From contig JBCBZT010000027.1 of assembly GCA_039815185.1 (NCBI GenBank), positions 32,001-96,000 on the forward strand: a stretch of 64,000 bases of DNA, read 5' to 3'. Of the stretch, positions 49,152 through 61,070 are shown piece after piece. The notes beneath the pieces were generated by a model. That model was given only the letters and a program-made list of their open reading frames with translations. It ran no database searches and was not told the origin of the DNA. The position numbers and the translations under genes were made by a program. This DNA is from Cyanobacteria bacterium P01_A01_bin.123 (GTDB lineage Bacteria > Cyanobacteriota > Cyanobacteriia > Phormidesmidales > Phormidesmidaceae). Positions within the stretch are counted from its first letter, which is position 1. Each line of letters opens with the position of its first letter.

Positions 49152-49889
49152 ATGACAAAACAGCTGCTGACTGCTCTGCTCACGGCTAACATAGTTGTCG
49201 GCGGGCTCGCCTCTCCCTTAGTCGCCCAAGACACTGCCCAAGACAGTGTTAGTTCCCTTATACAAATGCTGGAATCTCTGGGGCAGCGCTGTAACCGAGC
49301 GACAGAAGTAAGCTACCAATCCGAGCAACTCAGCACTACAGACGGCGGCACTGAAGTTTATGTGGAAGGACTACTGCGAAAAATTGTTGCCCCTAACAGT
49401 CCATTGCGGCAAGGTGATTCGGCTGAATATTGCTACCCCGATGTGCGCGAGACGGTGATCCGAGAATTGGTGATCAACAACAACGGCGAGACACGTCGGA
49501 TTACCATGGATGCTTACGATCAGGGATATTTGATCTATTCCCCCCGCTCCTTTTCGGCTGATGGTCGCTACCTTGTAGCAGACTTACAAATTGCTTACAC
49601 CGGGGGCGATCCAGGGGCACAGATTGTGCTTTTTGATCTAGATAATAGTGAAGTCGTCTCGACCTCGGAAGTTTGTCAAAACTTTGACTTTGAAAACTAC
49701 ATTGGCTTTATCTCACCCACCGAATTTGCGGTTCACTGCATGGCTTATGGCGACATGATTGAGGGATTTGAGGTGATTGACGTGCAATCTGGTGAAGTTC
49801 GTCAGCTTTCGGCACGACCGACTTCTGTGACCGACTACGGCGTTGTTGAGGGTGAGCTTGAAGTCACCAAAACTCAGATTTTCCATTAG
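49152..49889 (+). CDS. Secreted hypothetical protein
   Basis: Signal peptide ending LVA-Q; 245 aa. Confidence 0.75.
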   Translation: MTKQLLTALLTANIVVGGLASPLVAQDTAQDSVSSLIQMLESLGQRCNRATEVSYQSEQLSTTDGGTEVYVEGLLRKIVAPNSPLRQGDSAEYCYPDVRETVIRELVINNNGETRRITMDAYDQGYLIYSPRSFSADGRYLVADLQIAYTGGDPGAQIVLFDLDNSEVVSTSEVCQNFDFENYIGFISPTEFAVHCMAYGDMIEGFEVIDVQSGEVRQLSARPTSVTDYGVVEGELEVTKTQIFH

Positions 49890-49985
49890 ATTAGGCAACA
49901 AAAGGTCTGCTAAGAGGCTGTATTCATGATGGCGGCTGGTTGATCATCGAGACGCTAACAATACGGCATGATTGTTGCTAAGTTT

Positions 49986-50198
49986 CTAAGTCCCAGATCC
50001 ACACAGCATCAATCGATCGAAGCCAATTGCAAATCCTATCCCCTGTTTATAACGCCCACCACCAACGACTTGCTTTTGCGCACCAAGACTCGGCACCAGT
50101 ATTTCAAAACCATCTTCCACATAGTAAGATAAGCCTCTCTTGACACTTCTTTCAACGGTGTAGTCATTCGTTTGATATGAAACCATTTGTTCTGCCAT
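49986..50198 (-). pseudogene. HisRS/HisZ-like C-terminal fragment
   Basis: RGLSYY, GGGRY, GIGFAIGFDRL; in-frame stop shortly upstream. Confidence 0.6.
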
Positions 50199-50278
50199 GT
50201 TGATGAGCTGATCACATATCTTTCATAGCGCTCCAATTAGGTTACAACAGGGATAGTTTTACGAAAGTCTGTACTGCC

Positions 50279-53200
50279 ATGCGCGATCGCCAGTCACGAC
50301 CCTTTGCCACCTTCGAAGCCCGGTGGGAAAGACTCAATCACTACTACTGTCAGATTCAAACCGTGATTTTGAGTCGGCAAAACCCGGTCACCGGGTTGCT
50401 GCCAGCCAGTACGGCGATTAGCGTCCATGGCGACTACACTGACGCCTGGGTGCGCGATAACGTCTACAGCATCTTGGCCGTGTGGGGCTTAGCCCTGGGC
50501 TATCGCAAGCTCGACGAAAACCAAGGCCGCACCTACGAACTCGAACAAAGCGTCGTTAAGCTGATGCGGGGGTTGCTGTTCGCCATGATGCAACAGTCGC
50601 CTAAGGTTGAACGGTTCAAGGAAACCCAAGACCCCCTTGATGCCCTCCATGCCAAGTACAACACTCGCACCGGCAACACTGTGGTGGGAGATGCGGAGTG
50701 GGGTCACCTACAGCTCGACGCGACGGCTTTATTTTTGCTGATGCTGGCCCAGATGACGGCTTCGGGGTTGCAAATCATCTTCACCCAGGATGAAGTCAAC
50801 TTTGTGCAAAATCTGGTGTACTACATTGGCCGCGCTTATCGCACACCAGACTATGGCATTTGGGAACGAGGCAACAAAATTAACCACGGCAAACCCGAGC
50901 TCAATGCCAGTTCTGTGGGCATGGCCAAAGCGGCTTTGGAGGCTTTGGATGGGTTGAATTTATTCGGCGTGCGCGGCGGCCAGACCTCGGTGGTGCATGT
51001 ATTGCGTGATGAAATTGCCCGTTCGCGCATTACCTTAGAATCGCTGCTCCCTCGGGAATCTGGTTCAAAAGAAGTGGACGCAGCGGTGCTCAGCGTCATT
51101 GGCTATCCAGCCTTTGCTGTGGACGATGCGGAACTCGCTGAACGAACCCGGCAAAAAATCATCGATAAGCTCCAGGGGAGCTATGGCTGTAAGCGATTTT
51201 TGCGCGATGGTCATCAAACGATGATTGAAGATACCGATCGGCTGCACTATGAACCCCAAGAACTGAAGCAGTTTGAACACATCGAGTGTGAATGGCCGCT
51301 GTTCTTTACCTACCTATATTTAGATAGCCTGTTTAAGGGCAATAGCCACCAGGGGTCAGTCTCTGATCATCGCGATCAGATCCAGTTTTACCAAACGCGC
51401 CTCCAAGCCGTGACTGTCGAACAAGCGGGCATGCCGCTACTGCCCGAACTCTACATTGTGCCAAAGGAGGCGATCGACGCCGAACGGCAAACCCCCCATA
51501 GCCAAACCCGCATCCCCAATCACAATGTGCCCCTGGTGTGGGCACAGAGTCTTTACTATTTAGGGCTGTTCTTGCAAGAAGGGCTGGTTACCCCTGGCGA
51601 CCTTGATCCGTTGGGTCGCCATCTACGCGTTGGCCAACACCGCCGCCCGATCGTGCAGGTAACGCTGTTGGCCGAAGACCATACCCTGCAAACCCAATTG
51701 GCAACCTATGGTGTTTCGACCCAAACCTTAGAGCAGCTAGAGCCCCTGCAAGTGCATCAGTCGATTGAACTATCCTCGGTCTATGCTCAAATTGGCTGTA
51801 ACCCTAAGCTTGCGCTCAGTGGTCGGCCCGTGCGGCGACTGCGGAGTCTAACCACGGCTCGGATCTTTCGCATCCACGGCGAAACCAGGGTGTTTCTCCC
51901 TTCTCACCTAGACCAGCAGCAGTTTTATCTCACTTTGGACTACCACTTCCTAGTGGCCCAAATTCGTGGAGAACTGGCCTACATCTTTGAGCACTGGAAT
52001 GAACCGGGACGGCCCACGGTTACCCTGTTGCTGACCCACGCCATGTTTGAAATTGACGATCAACCGATCCATGAATCCCCCTTGTTAGAGTTGCTCAAAG
52101 CGCTGATTGACGGTGCCTGTGGTGATATTCCGGTGAAAGTGGGGCCACTCTATCAGCTGATGCTGACGGCTGCTAGCGAACGCATTGACGATATGCACAG
52201 CTTGCAGTTTGATCCTTCCTTAACCCGATATATCCAGCCGGTATCGGCCTATCTCACCCTCAATCCAGAACACACCCGCCCCCTGACGGTGATTCAAGAG
52301 TTTGATTTAGAGCGAGAAAACAATGTGGACTTGCTGCTGCAAAAGCTGCACCAATCTGACAACCTGTATGAGCAAATTGAACTGCTTAGCACCCTGCGAC
52401 GGTTACAGGACTTAAGGTTTGAAACTGATTTTGATGGCGATCAGGGAATCATTAGCGTCGGCGATTTGCTCAACGAGATTTACATTAAGGCGGGCAAGCT
52501 TAAACTCTGGACGATCGTGCGGCGGGCTGCTGGACTGTTGGAAAAAAGTGATGTCAGCCTCACCGATGCCTTGACTGAAATCTTAGTGCGGCAATTGCAA
52601 ATTTCTGTCGGCAAAGCCTACAGCGAGGCGTCGCTGATTACTGACCCCATGCCCCACGTGGAGATTGTGGAGAAAATCCGCACCTTTTGTGGTGAAGACG
52701 TGCGCGATCGCATGCTGACCCAAGAAATCTTGATTTACCTGAGCATACTCATTCAATCTGATCCGCAACTGTTTGACGGGGTACTCACCCTGCGCATTGG
52801 CTACTTAATTCTGTTGATCACCAGTGAGCTGGCGCGGGAACTCAACCTCACCCAAGACGAGGCCCACGAAGCCCTCATGACCCTCAGCCCCTTTGACATC
52901 AAATTGCGACTGCGTCAGGTTTTAGCTGGGTATGCAGGCCTAAATCGCAACCTTTTCCGTCAAGAATCGCTGCGGTTGCGACCCCAACAATCTGTCAATT
53001 GGGCGGTGTTGCCTTCAGGCCCAGAGTTTGACATTGAAGCTGCTCCCCAAGAAGACTGGTGGCGCAAGCGGCAAATCGACGGTGAACTCAATCGTCTCCC
53101 CGAAAAGTTTTACACCCAAGTTTGGGAGCTACTGCGCCACTGTCAGGGGATTGTCATTGGCGATAAGCTAGAACGCCGCAATCGCATCACCAGCGAGCTG

Positions 53201-53593
53201 GTGTTGTCGGAAATGACGCCAGGGGAGCAGAATTTTGCCCTGATGCTGAACCATTTACTCAGCAAAATTGAAGCCCCAGAGTATCGTCATCTGAATGTGG
53301 AAGCCTTAGCAGAACTGTCTGAACTCTTAATGACCAACCCCGAGCTCCACTTCGATGACTTGATTGTGATGGACGTGTTGATCGGCCATGCCGTGCGCAT
53401 TGCCTGGTTAGATGACCACAGCGATCGCCGCGATCGCTATGACGAAGATAAAGCCGCCGCCTGGCGCGCCTTCTATCAAAAATCCCCGCGCTACTGCGCC
53501 ACCTACATTGCCAAAGCCCTCCAGTTCTTGAGCGAGCTGGGTGATTCTGAAGGTGCTCATTTATCAGAAACGCCAGCGATGGAAGCAACGTGA
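50279..53593 (+). CDS. GH15 / phosphorylase kinase alpha-beta-like protein
   Basis: RQNPVTGLLPAST, DAWVRDNVY, PDYGIWERG, LPRESGSKEVD, ECEWPLF. Confidence 0.9.
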   Translation: MRDRQSRPFATFEARWERLNHYYCQIQTVILSRQNPVTGLLPASTAISVHGDYTDAWVRDNVYSILAVWGLALGYRKLDENQGRTYELEQSVVKLMRGLLFAMMQQSPKVERFKETQDPLDALHAKYNTRTGNTVVGDAEWGHLQLDATALFLLMLAQMTASGLQIIFTQDEVNFVQNLVYYIGRAYRTPDYGIWERGNKINHGKPELNASSVGMAKAALEALDGLNLFGVRGGQTSVVHVLRDEIARSRITLESLLPRESGSKEVDAAVLSVIGYPAFAVDDAELAERTRQKIIDKLQGSYGCKRFLRDGHQTMIEDTDRLHYEPQELKQFEHIECEWPLFFTYLYLDSLFKGNSHQGSVSDHRDQIQFYQTRLQAVTVEQAGMPLLPELYIVPKEAIDAERQTPHSQTRIPNHNVPLVWAQSLYYLGLFLQEGLVTPGDLDPLGRHLRVGQHRRPIVQVTLLAEDHTLQTQLATYGVSTQTLEQLEPLQVHQSIELSSVYAQIGCNPKLALSGRPVRRLRSLTTARIFRIHGETRVFLPSHLDQQQFYLTLDYHFLVAQIRGELAYIFEHWNEPGRPTVTLLLTHAMFEIDDQPIHESPLLELLKALIDGACGDIPVKVGPLYQLMLTAASERIDDMHSLQFDPSLTRYIQPVSAYLTLNPEHTRPLTVIQEFDLERENNVDLLLQKLHQSDNLYEQIELLSTLRRLQDLRFETDFDGDQGIISVGDLLNEIYIKAGKLKLWTIVRRAAGLLEKSDVSLTDALTEILVRQLQISVGKAYSEASLITDPMPHVEIVEKIRTFCGEDVRDRMLTQEILIYLSILIQSDPQLFDGVLTLRIGYLILLITSELARELNLTQDEAHEALMTLSPFDIKLRLRQVLAGYAGLNRNLFRQESLRLRPQQSVNWAVLPSGPEFDIEAAPQEDWWRKRQIDGELNRLPEKFYTQVWELLRHCQGIVIGDKLERRNRITSELVLSEMTPGEQNFALMLNHLLSKIEAPEYRHLNVEALAELSELLMTNPELHFDDLIVMDVLIGHAVRIAWLDDHSDRRDRYDEDKAAAWRAFYQKSPRYCATYIAKALQFLSELGDSEGAHLSETPAMEAT

Positions 53594-53641
53594 TCGCCGC
53601 ACTCAAATCCCCGGTGCTCAATCTTACAGATTATGGGCAGA

Positions 53642-54070
53642 TTATGGGGCACTTTCAGCCTTGTGCTTAAGACCCATGGCAAACTGCTCGAAGGCCGGGG
53701 TCAAGTCTGGGATCGAACGGGTGATCAAAGGAGCCATCAACCCTGTAAAGTCTTCTTGCATATGGAACTCAACTGACTCGCCGCGATCGCTTGACAAGGT
53801 GAATGTTCGAGTCCCCGTGAACAGCCCCAACGGCATACCGCCACGCCAAACCATTTTTTGACTGGGTACAAATTCCACAACTTTTACCGGAAAGGCTTGC
53901 TGACTGTTTTTTGCGTGAACCGTGATTTTTTCGTTGGGGCCGATATTACCGTCAATCTTTTCAACACTTTCATTCCATTCAGGGTATTTTGAGCCGTCAA
54001 TGAGTATTGACCAGATGGTATCTGCGTCGGCATTAATCGTTTGGGTGACACTGTAGGTTTTCACACCCAC
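53642..54070 (-). CDS. SRPBCC family protein
   Basis: INADADTIWSIL...YPEWN, MVWRGGMPLGLFTG, GLKHKAE. Confidence 0.85.
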   Translation of the reverse strand: MGVKTYSVTQTINADADTIWSILIDGSKYPEWNESVEKIDGNIGPNEKITVHAKNSQQAFPVKVVEFVPSQKMVWRGGMPLGLFTGTRTFTLSSDRGESVEFHMQEDFTGLMAPLITRSIPDLTPAFEQFAMGLKHKAESAP

Positions 54071-54250
54071 TCCTTCATGGTTTGATAGTTCGGTTAACCA
54101 ACGATAGCTTAGGGTTTGATCAGGCAGATCGCAAGTTGGCTGAGTCCAGGTTGATCATCAGACCGTTGTCGCGATACCAACTCAGCAAAAAGCTAGCTCG
54201 ATCGATACCGAGCAGTTGCGCAGCAAGCCCAGATAAAATACGCTTCATAT

Positions 54251-54264
54251 AGTTCTTTTGTACT
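54251..54264. promoter_or_regulatory. Possible cyanobacterial LexA box
   Basis: AGTTCTTTTGTACT, one mismatch to RGTAC-N3-DGTWCB, upstream of the topoisomerase. Confidence 0.35.
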
Positions 54265-54329
54265 AAAATAAGCTTACTTAGAAAGCTTGCCTGATATTTC
54301 TAAGCGACTTATATCAGTACAAGGGCATC

Positions 54330-56567
54330 GTGATGACCAATCTCCTGCTGATTGAAAGCCCCGGTAAATTGAAGAAGCTCAGCCAAATTCTTGGCCCTGG
54401 TTGGATCGTCAAAGCCAGTATGGGGCATATTCGGGAGCTGACGAATGATGGCGAAGATGCCCTGGGGTTTGACCTAGACGACAACCAAATCCACTGTCGC
54501 TATGCACCCAGGAACGATCGCGCCAAGCAGACCATTACATCCCTACGGAAAGCTGTCAAACAAGCCCATACCGTTTACATCGCCACCGACCCAGACCGCG
54601 AAGGCGAAACCATTGGCTGGCATTTACAGCAGGCCCTGCGGCTGAAAAATCCTCGGCGGGTCGTCTACAGCGAAATTACCCCTGTGGCTGTCCGGCAGGC
54701 GATCGCCCATCCCCGCACCCTCGATCAGACGCTGATCGCTGCTGGCCGGGCTCGTGATTGCCTAGACAAACTGGTGGGATACAAAGGCAGTCGTCATGTG
54801 GTGTGGCCCCTCAACAATGGTGCCAAGTCTATGGGCCGAGTTCAAAGCGCCACACTCCACCTGCTTTGCTTGCGAGAGCGGGAGATCCAAGCCTTTACAC
54901 CCCAAGATTATTGGAGTGTCTGGGTCAGCTATCAAGCAGGGTTTAAGGCCTTTTACCGGCGTAAACCAACGGCCAGTCGTCGCAATTCAGAGACCACAAA
55001 GGATGATGCCGCGGCTAAAAAGGACGCCCCTGAGTCCGATCGAGTCATCACCCAAGCCGAAGCCGACCGCCTAGTCGCGATCGCCCGCACCAACCCCCAC
55101 CAAGTGGTGACCGTCGAAGGCAAAATCAAACATCAGTCGCCCCCGCCCCCCTTCATCACCTCAACGCTGCAACAGTCAGCTGGTGCCAAACTGCGCTTCA
55201 ACCCAGATAAGACAATGAAGGTGGCCCAGTCCCTCTATGAGGCAGGCCACATCACCTACATGCGCACTGATTCGGTTGTGCTGTCAGCGCCCTTTCGAGC
55301 CGCAGTACAAGATTATCTCAGCCAACATGATCCCACTAATCTCCCCAAGCAAACGGCCAAGCATCGATCAGCCAAAGGTGCCCAAGCGGCCCATGAAGCG
55401 ATTCGTCCCACAGATGTCAACCGCACGCCACAAGAGCTTAAAGGCAGGCTCTCCGCAGATGCCGCCCAACTCTATGACCTGATTTGGAACCGGGCTGTCG
55501 CCTCTCAATGCTGCCCAGCCCGACTGCGAAAGACGCGAATTGTCACCCAATCTGGAGAAGCCTTTTGGGAAGCCCGAGGCCAGGTCGTGGCGTTTGCCGG
55601 CTATACCTGCTATTGGCATAACCTGAGTGCGGAGTCTCAACTACCGACCCTCCAGCAGGGTCAACCGCTGCAGTTGCAGCAGGCCCAAGCAGACCAAAAG
55701 CAGACCCAACCCCCACCCCGATACACCGAGCCCAAACTCGTGCAGTTGATGGAACGTCAGGGCATTGGTCGTCCGAGTACCTACGCGCCAACGATTAAGA
55801 CGCTGCGGGAACGAACCTATGTCCAGTTAGTCAAGGGCAAACTCCAGCCAACCGAATTGGGGCTAGCTTTAGATGCTGCTTTGGAAAAATTGCTGCCCGA
55901 TTTAATCCAGCCTGCGTTTACGGCACAAATGGAGGCGGAATTAGATGCGATCGCGACGGGTAAAAAAGACTGGCAAGCCTATCTCACCCATTGGTATCGG
56001 GAGTATTTTGCCCCAGCGTTAGATCAGGCCCGGACGCAACTCAGAACGAGTGAAATCAGCAAAGTTGCGATCGCCAGTTCTACGCAGACGCCACCCCAGA
56101 AAAGTGAATTCCTGATCGATCAGCAACCCTTAACCCCCGCTCGCCCCAATGCCAAATCAGCAACTCTGAAGGGTACAAGCCAAAAAAGTAACGTCACGTG
56201 TCCTAAATGCGAGCAGGCCATGGACAAAATCTCTTCGCGCTCTAAAAAACTCAAGGCAAACCACTTTCTCAAATGCAGCGATCTGAGCTGCGGCACCGTG
56301 ATGTTTTGGAACGCCAAAAAGAAAAGCTATGAACTGCCCTATAGCCAACAGTCTCAAGACCCAGACTCCTTCACTAATTATCCTTGCCCTAGCTGTGGCG
56401 CCTTACTAGAGCGTCATGCTTATCAAAAAGACGGCAAAGACAAAGTGATGCTGCGCTGCGCTCTGTTAGAAAATCGCCGAGGCAAATGTAAGGAGGTCGC
56501 CTTCTTTCAAAGTCGTGATGGTTTCTGGTCACCCAAGTTCGGCAACCTAAAAGTTCTAAAGACATAA
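54330..56567 (+). CDS. topA: Type IA DNA topoisomerase with C-terminal Zn ribbons
   Basis: IESPGK, ATDPDREGE, GRVQS, ITYMRTD, AHEAIRPT, GIGRPSTY; CPKC and CPSC ribbons. Confidence 0.93.
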   Translation: MMTNLLLIESPGKLKKLSQILGPGWIVKASMGHIRELTNDGEDALGFDLDDNQIHCRYAPRNDRAKQTITSLRKAVKQAHTVYIATDPDREGETIGWHLQQALRLKNPRRVVYSEITPVAVRQAIAHPRTLDQTLIAAGRARDCLDKLVGYKGSRHVVWPLNNGAKSMGRVQSATLHLLCLREREIQAFTPQDYWSVWVSYQAGFKAFYRRKPTASRRNSETTKDDAAAKKDAPESDRVITQAEADRLVAIARTNPHQVVTVEGKIKHQSPPPPFITSTLQQSAGAKLRFNPDKTMKVAQSLYEAGHITYMRTDSVVLSAPFRAAVQDYLSQHDPTNLPKQTAKHRSAKGAQAAHEAIRPTDVNRTPQELKGRLSADAAQLYDLIWNRAVASQCCPARLRKTRIVTQSGEAFWEARGQVVAFAGYTCYWHNLSAESQLPTLQQGQPLQLQQAQADQKQTQPPPRYTEPKLVQLMERQGIGRPSTYAPTIKTLRERTYVQLVKGKLQPTELGLALDAALEKLLPDLIQPAFTAQMEAELDAIATGKKDWQAYLTHWYREYFAPALDQARTQLRTSEISKVAIASSTQTPPQKSEFLIDQQPLTPARPNAKSATLKGTSQKSNVTCPKCEQAMDKISSRSKKLKANHFLKCSDLSCGTVMFWNAKKKSYELPYSQQSQDPDSFTNYPCPSCGALLERHAYQKDGKDKVMLRCALLENRRGKCKEVAFFQSRDGFWSPKFGNLKVLKT

Positions 56568-56617
56568 CACCTTTAGCCCGTAATTTTTATGCCCTGCCAA
56601 CCTGCGGAACGTTAGCT

Positions 56618-57838
56618 TTAGGGCCGGACAAGATGTTTTTGAATCATATCTAATAACGTTTGGGGCAGTGGCGGTTTCGCTAGGAACTCAGTGGCCCCTG
56701 CCATACGAGCCCGCGCCCGATCAATCGGAGTATTTTGTCCGGTCAGGATAATGATGGGTATTTTTTCAAATACAGGGGTATCGCGCAAAAATTTGCAAAC
56801 ACTGTAGCCGTCTGCATTAGGCAATAGCAAATCGAGCAAAATCAGGTTCGGTTTGTGCTCAATCAGCTGAGAAAAGCCCCGCATGGGCTCTTGAATCGTC
56901 AACACGCGATAGCCAGCTGAGACTAAAGTTTTTTTGAGGCTGTAGGCCAACACGGGGCTATCGTCAATGCAGGCGATTAGCGATTGAAGGGGAGATGTCG
57001 GGGGGCCTGGGGGCGGGGCCTGGGGGGTAGCCTGAGCAGCAGACTGGGGGGCAGCGGATCGAGGGGCAGTGGGTTGGGTGGCCTGAGTGCTAACCGGGGG
57101 GGCACCCGTTGGCGCGGGGGGCACCGACACAAGCGGGGACTTTAATACTAAATCAGGGATGGTTTTCAACACCAAGATTCCTTGCTCAGTCAATGGCATG
57201 AGGGATTGAGCGATGTCGGTGACGGATTTGTCGAGTTGTCCGGCAATATCCCAAAGCGTGAAGTCACCACTGAGGTATTGGCGATCAATGGGTAGCGAGT
57301 GGGCGGCGGCGGGGTTATTTAAGGTCGGTGCCAGCATTGGGCTGAGCTGTTCTAAGCCCGCATCTTGCCATTGCTGGCGGAGGTGATTAACCCGATTTAA
57401 GGTCATTTGGATTTCCCATCCAGAGAGCCCGACACTCTGATAGCTCAAGGAGATCGGCATGGGGCTGGGTTGCCAATTGTGTTTGAAGTTAGTGCAGGGG
57501 CTCAGCTCAAATAGACACTCTTGAGCAATCATCCGCACCACGAGTTTGACTCGGATCAAACTCAATTTCTGTTGATTAATACCCTGATCTAGCAAATGGA
57601 CTTGCCAAGACTGGAGATCGACAGTCTGGAGCGGATCGATCTGCCACTGCCAGTTTGGGAAATACTTTTTTAAGAGCCGATGCCAGCGTCGAACGGCATG
57701 GTGTTCATCCACGGCATACATGAGTTGACCCTGAACAAAGTTGAGCGTCCAAGTCGTTTGGTCGCCCTCAATCATAAGATGTCCATTAAAGCGTTTGTCG
57801 GGGGGTGCTAAGAGGTCGGTCAATTCTGTAAGTTTCAT
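56618..57838 (-). CDS. PatA-family response regulator
   Basis: N-terminal PATAN-like domain, Pro-rich linker, REC domain IACIDDS...LLDLLLP...FLAKP. Confidence 0.88.
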   Translation of the reverse strand: MKLTELTDLLAPPDKRFNGHLMIEGDQTTWTLNFVQGQLMYAVDEHHAVRRWHRLLKKYFPNWQWQIDPLQTVDLQSWQVHLLDQGINQQKLSLIRVKLVVRMIAQECLFELSPCTNFKHNWQPSPMPISLSYQSVGLSGWEIQMTLNRVNHLRQQWQDAGLEQLSPMLAPTLNNPAAAHSLPIDRQYLSGDFTLWDIAGQLDKSVTDIAQSLMPLTEQGILVLKTIPDLVLKSPLVSVPPAPTGAPPVSTQATQPTAPRSAAPQSAAQATPQAPPPGPPTSPLQSLIACIDDSPVLAYSLKKTLVSAGYRVLTIQEPMRGFSQLIEHKPNLILLDLLLPNADGYSVCKFLRDTPVFEKIPIIILTGQNTPIDRARARMAGATEFLAKPPLPQTLLDMIQKHLVRP

Positions 57839-59042
57839 CTTCGATAATTAAGATGTTTGGCAACTTTAAGGGATTTAAAAATTTTCGTTTTGGGTCAGTT
57901 TGAGCATCTGCTTTTGATCAAGCTTGCCAGACTTAAACCACATCCGATTTGCAACTTGAAGTTTTAGCTTAAAGAAAATCGTGGAGCTGGGTGTAGATGC
58001 GGTTTATAATTTGCCCGATTTATAAAATGAATGCACCGATCAAGCGGGGCGAATAAACTATCCCGTTATGTCCAACTTTCAGGTGCTTTCAGAGAGATCA
58101 GGATGTATTTTGGGTAGGGTTTGTGACTGGGGCTTGAGCGTAATCACCTCAGTGTTTGAGTACTAGCGGAAGCTTTCAATGATCATTTTGATACCAACAA
58201 CCTGGTTCGAGTGATTAATATAATTTGAGGCTTTAACGCTTGTCCTAGGATCGATACACCGATTTTGTCGTGAGCCCTATCCAAATTAATCGCGACCAAT
58301 GTTTAAACTAATAACCTTTAAACTAATAAACTAAACGTATTTTTCTAGACAGCGTGTCTACATGGAAGCAAGTTTAATGCTGATTACAACTTCTTTAAAG
58401 GTATTATGAAGTTGTGGTTAGATTGATTTTGTTCCCTGCGATCGCCCCTTAAGCTAGTGGATGATTTAGAAGCTGCCAATTAACTTCTGGCATTCTAGAG
58501 TGGCGGTGCATATTGTGAGGAGAAATCATGGAGATTCGCTGCATCTAGCCTTGATTTTTGTAAATCTGCCCTGATCCTCAACGAGCACCCAGGAAAGTGG
58601 TCTGGGTCATCTTGATTCCCTGGATGTTACTAATATTTTTTCATTGTGGAGCAAGGTTTTTGGGGTGACAACCCATGCTCAATTCTTTTGATGCTTCCCT
58701 CGTCTCATGGTCTGGTTTCATGGTTAGACTCGGCTGATTTGATTTGAGGCTTGGGAAAGCGCATACACTTCCAGACTTTTGTGATTTTTTTGTAAACGCA
58801 GTCATCAGCCAGCAACTTGCTTAAGTGGTATTTACCACTTTAGTGCGGTTTCGGTAGCTAAATTTTTTGTTGAATTGAGCACGTAGGATCTGAGGCTTAA
58901 CGTTTCAACCTGTGACTCAAATTTTGGCATAACCCCTGATACAAGGGCTCGGCTTTTATTGCTGTCTTTTTGTCTTTAAACCCACACTCTAACGTCGGTG
59001 AGGGATTCGGTCTAATATCTAATCTTAGAAAGGTGAATTTTC

Positions 59043-60932
59043 ATGGGTTTCAACTTATTCGGTGGTTTTCAGAAGCTCAAGATTCAGCATCAACTCATTC
59101 TGCTTGTTTTTTTGAGTGCGCTCATTCCTGCTTCAACAGTAGGTTTACTCGGTACAATTTCTGCGAGCAATTCCCTCTCAACCAACGCTGTTGATTCTCT
59201 TCAAAATAAAGCAGAACGTGGCATAAATGAAATCGATAATTTTCTAAGCGGCCTCAATGAGGATATTTTGTTTATTAGCAAAATGCCCCCGGTTCAGGGA
59301 ATAGTTCGAGCACAAGCCAATGGTGGAACGGATCCTGAAGATAATTCTTCCTATGACGAGTGGGTTGAGCGATTGGAAGTACTCTTTGTCAGCATGATTG
59401 AGGAAAAGTCCTACTACATGCAACTACGGTATTTGGATGAAGACGGTAATGAGCTGGTGCGGGTTGACTCAGATGGCAGCACGGTCGAAGTCATTCCAAC
59501 CTCCGAGCTGCAAAATAAAGGGGATCGCAGCTATTTTATTGAGACAGTGGCGTTATCTTCTGGGAGTGTCTATGTCTCCCCCATAGAACTTAACCAGGAA
59601 CAAGGGATGATTGAAGAACCCTATAACCCCGTTATGCGATACGCAACACCGATCGTAGATTCGGCGGGTCAGCAAAGGGGGATGGTCATCGCCAATATCT
59701 TTGCAGAGCAGATTTTAGGTGAATTGGCCAAAACCGCAGGTGAATTTCAAGGTGAGGAACTGCTGCTAGTTAATCAAGATGGATACTATCTTACCCACCC
59801 CAACCCAGACAAACTTTGGGGGTTTGATTTAGGCAAGGAAGAAACCCTGGCGAATGATTTTTCCTCAGCCATTGCTGATCAAATTCTCAATAATGAAGCG
59901 GGTACCATTGATACGGGTCACAATATTCTGGCGCATCAAAAGTTTGTGCCAAACTCAGAACAATCTCATGCTGTATTTGCGATTACCCAAGTGCCAAAAG
60001 GAAGCGTTTTTAGTTCAGTTAACGCATTCAAGCTCTTTGCTAGCCTAACGGTTTTAATCTCCTTGGGATTAGTGATTCCGGTTGCAATTTTGCGGGGACG
60101 ACAATTGATTGTGTTGCTGGAAAGACTTGCAGCTAACATTTCGACCTCCAGCCAAGAGATAGCCTCTGCAGTCGATGAACAGGAACACATTGCCAGCCAG
60201 CAGGCCGCTTCGGTAAACGAAACTACCACCACCATGAATGAGCTAGAAGCTTCATCTCGCCATGCGGCAGAACAGGCAGCAGCAGCAGTTGAAGCGGCTA
60301 AAAAAGCAGCAGCCTCATCAGACAAAGGCTCCCTAACCGTGGGTGAAAGCTTGGAGGGGATGTTTACCTTAGAGCAAAAGGTTGATTCAATTGCCGATCA
60401 AATTGTCACCCTCAGCGGCCAGGCCAATCAAATTGGCAGCATCTCGCAATTGGTGATTGACTTTGCTAACCAAACCAACATGCTGGCGCTCAACTCTTCA
60501 GTTGAGGCGGTGCGGGCTGGGGAACATGGTAAGGGTTTTGCGGTGGTGGCTAATGAGATTCGTAAATTGGCAGACCAAAGCCAACAGTCTGCCGACAAAA
60601 TCAACACCCTGGTATCTGAGATTCAAAAGGCCATCAATGAAACCGTGATGGTGACCGAAGAAGGCACCAAAACGGTAAAAGCAGGTGTGCAAGTTGCCAA
60701 ACGCACTGAGGAAGCTTTTGGTGAAGTCAAGGAGGCGGTCAATCAGGTGGTGCTGAACAATCAACAGGTCTCCCTCAATCTAAAACAACAGGTAAACGCC
60801 ATCGAACAGGTGGTGGTGGCGATGGAAGTGATCGACCGGGGGGCGAAGGAGACCGCCAGTGGTATGGGCCAAACTAAGGCAGGGACACAGCAACTGAATG
60901 AAGCGGCCCAGGGCTTACAGCAAATGGTATAG
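59043..60932 (+). CDS. Methyl-accepting chemotaxis protein with Cache-like sensor
   Basis: Two TM helices, [37 protein letters not shown]. Confidence 0.95.
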   Translation: MGFNLFGGFQKLKIQHQLILLVFLSALIPASTVGLLGTISASNSLSTNAVDSLQNKAERGINEIDNFLSGLNEDILFISKMPPVQGIVRAQANGGTDPEDNSSYDEWVERLEVLFVSMIEEKSYYMQLRYLDEDGNELVRVDSDGSTVEVIPTSELQNKGDRSYFIETVALSSGSVYVSPIELNQEQGMIEEPYNPVMRYATPIVDSAGQQRGMVIANIFAEQILGELAKTAGEFQGEELLLVNQDGYYLTHPNPDKLWGFDLGKEETLANDFSSAIADQILNNEAGTIDTGHNILAHQKFVPNSEQSHAVFAITQVPKGSVFSSVNAFKLFASLTVLISLGLVIPVAILRGRQLIVLLERLAANISTSSQEIASAVDEQEHIASQQAASVNETTTTMNELEASSRHAAEQAAAAVEAAKKAAASSDKGSLTVGESLEGMFTLEQKVDSIADQIVTLSGQANQIGSISQLVIDFANQTNMLALNSSVEAVRAGEHGKGFAVVANEIRKLADQSQQSADKINTLVSEIQKAINETVMVTEEGTKTVKAGVQVAKRTEEAFGEVKEAVNQVVLNNQQVSLNLKQQVNAIEQVVVAMEVIDRGAKETASGMGQTKAGTQQLNEAAQGLQQMV

Positions 60933-61070
60933 CGTTAGCCACAAGGTTTTGTGCGCTAACGAGAGCCAGATTGCTTGTGGACTCAGCATCCCAACGATAC
61001 TGGGTGCGTTCAGCAATCTGGCCAGCGCTACATAGGCCAACGGTAATCTCACCCCTGATGGTTCAACAGC

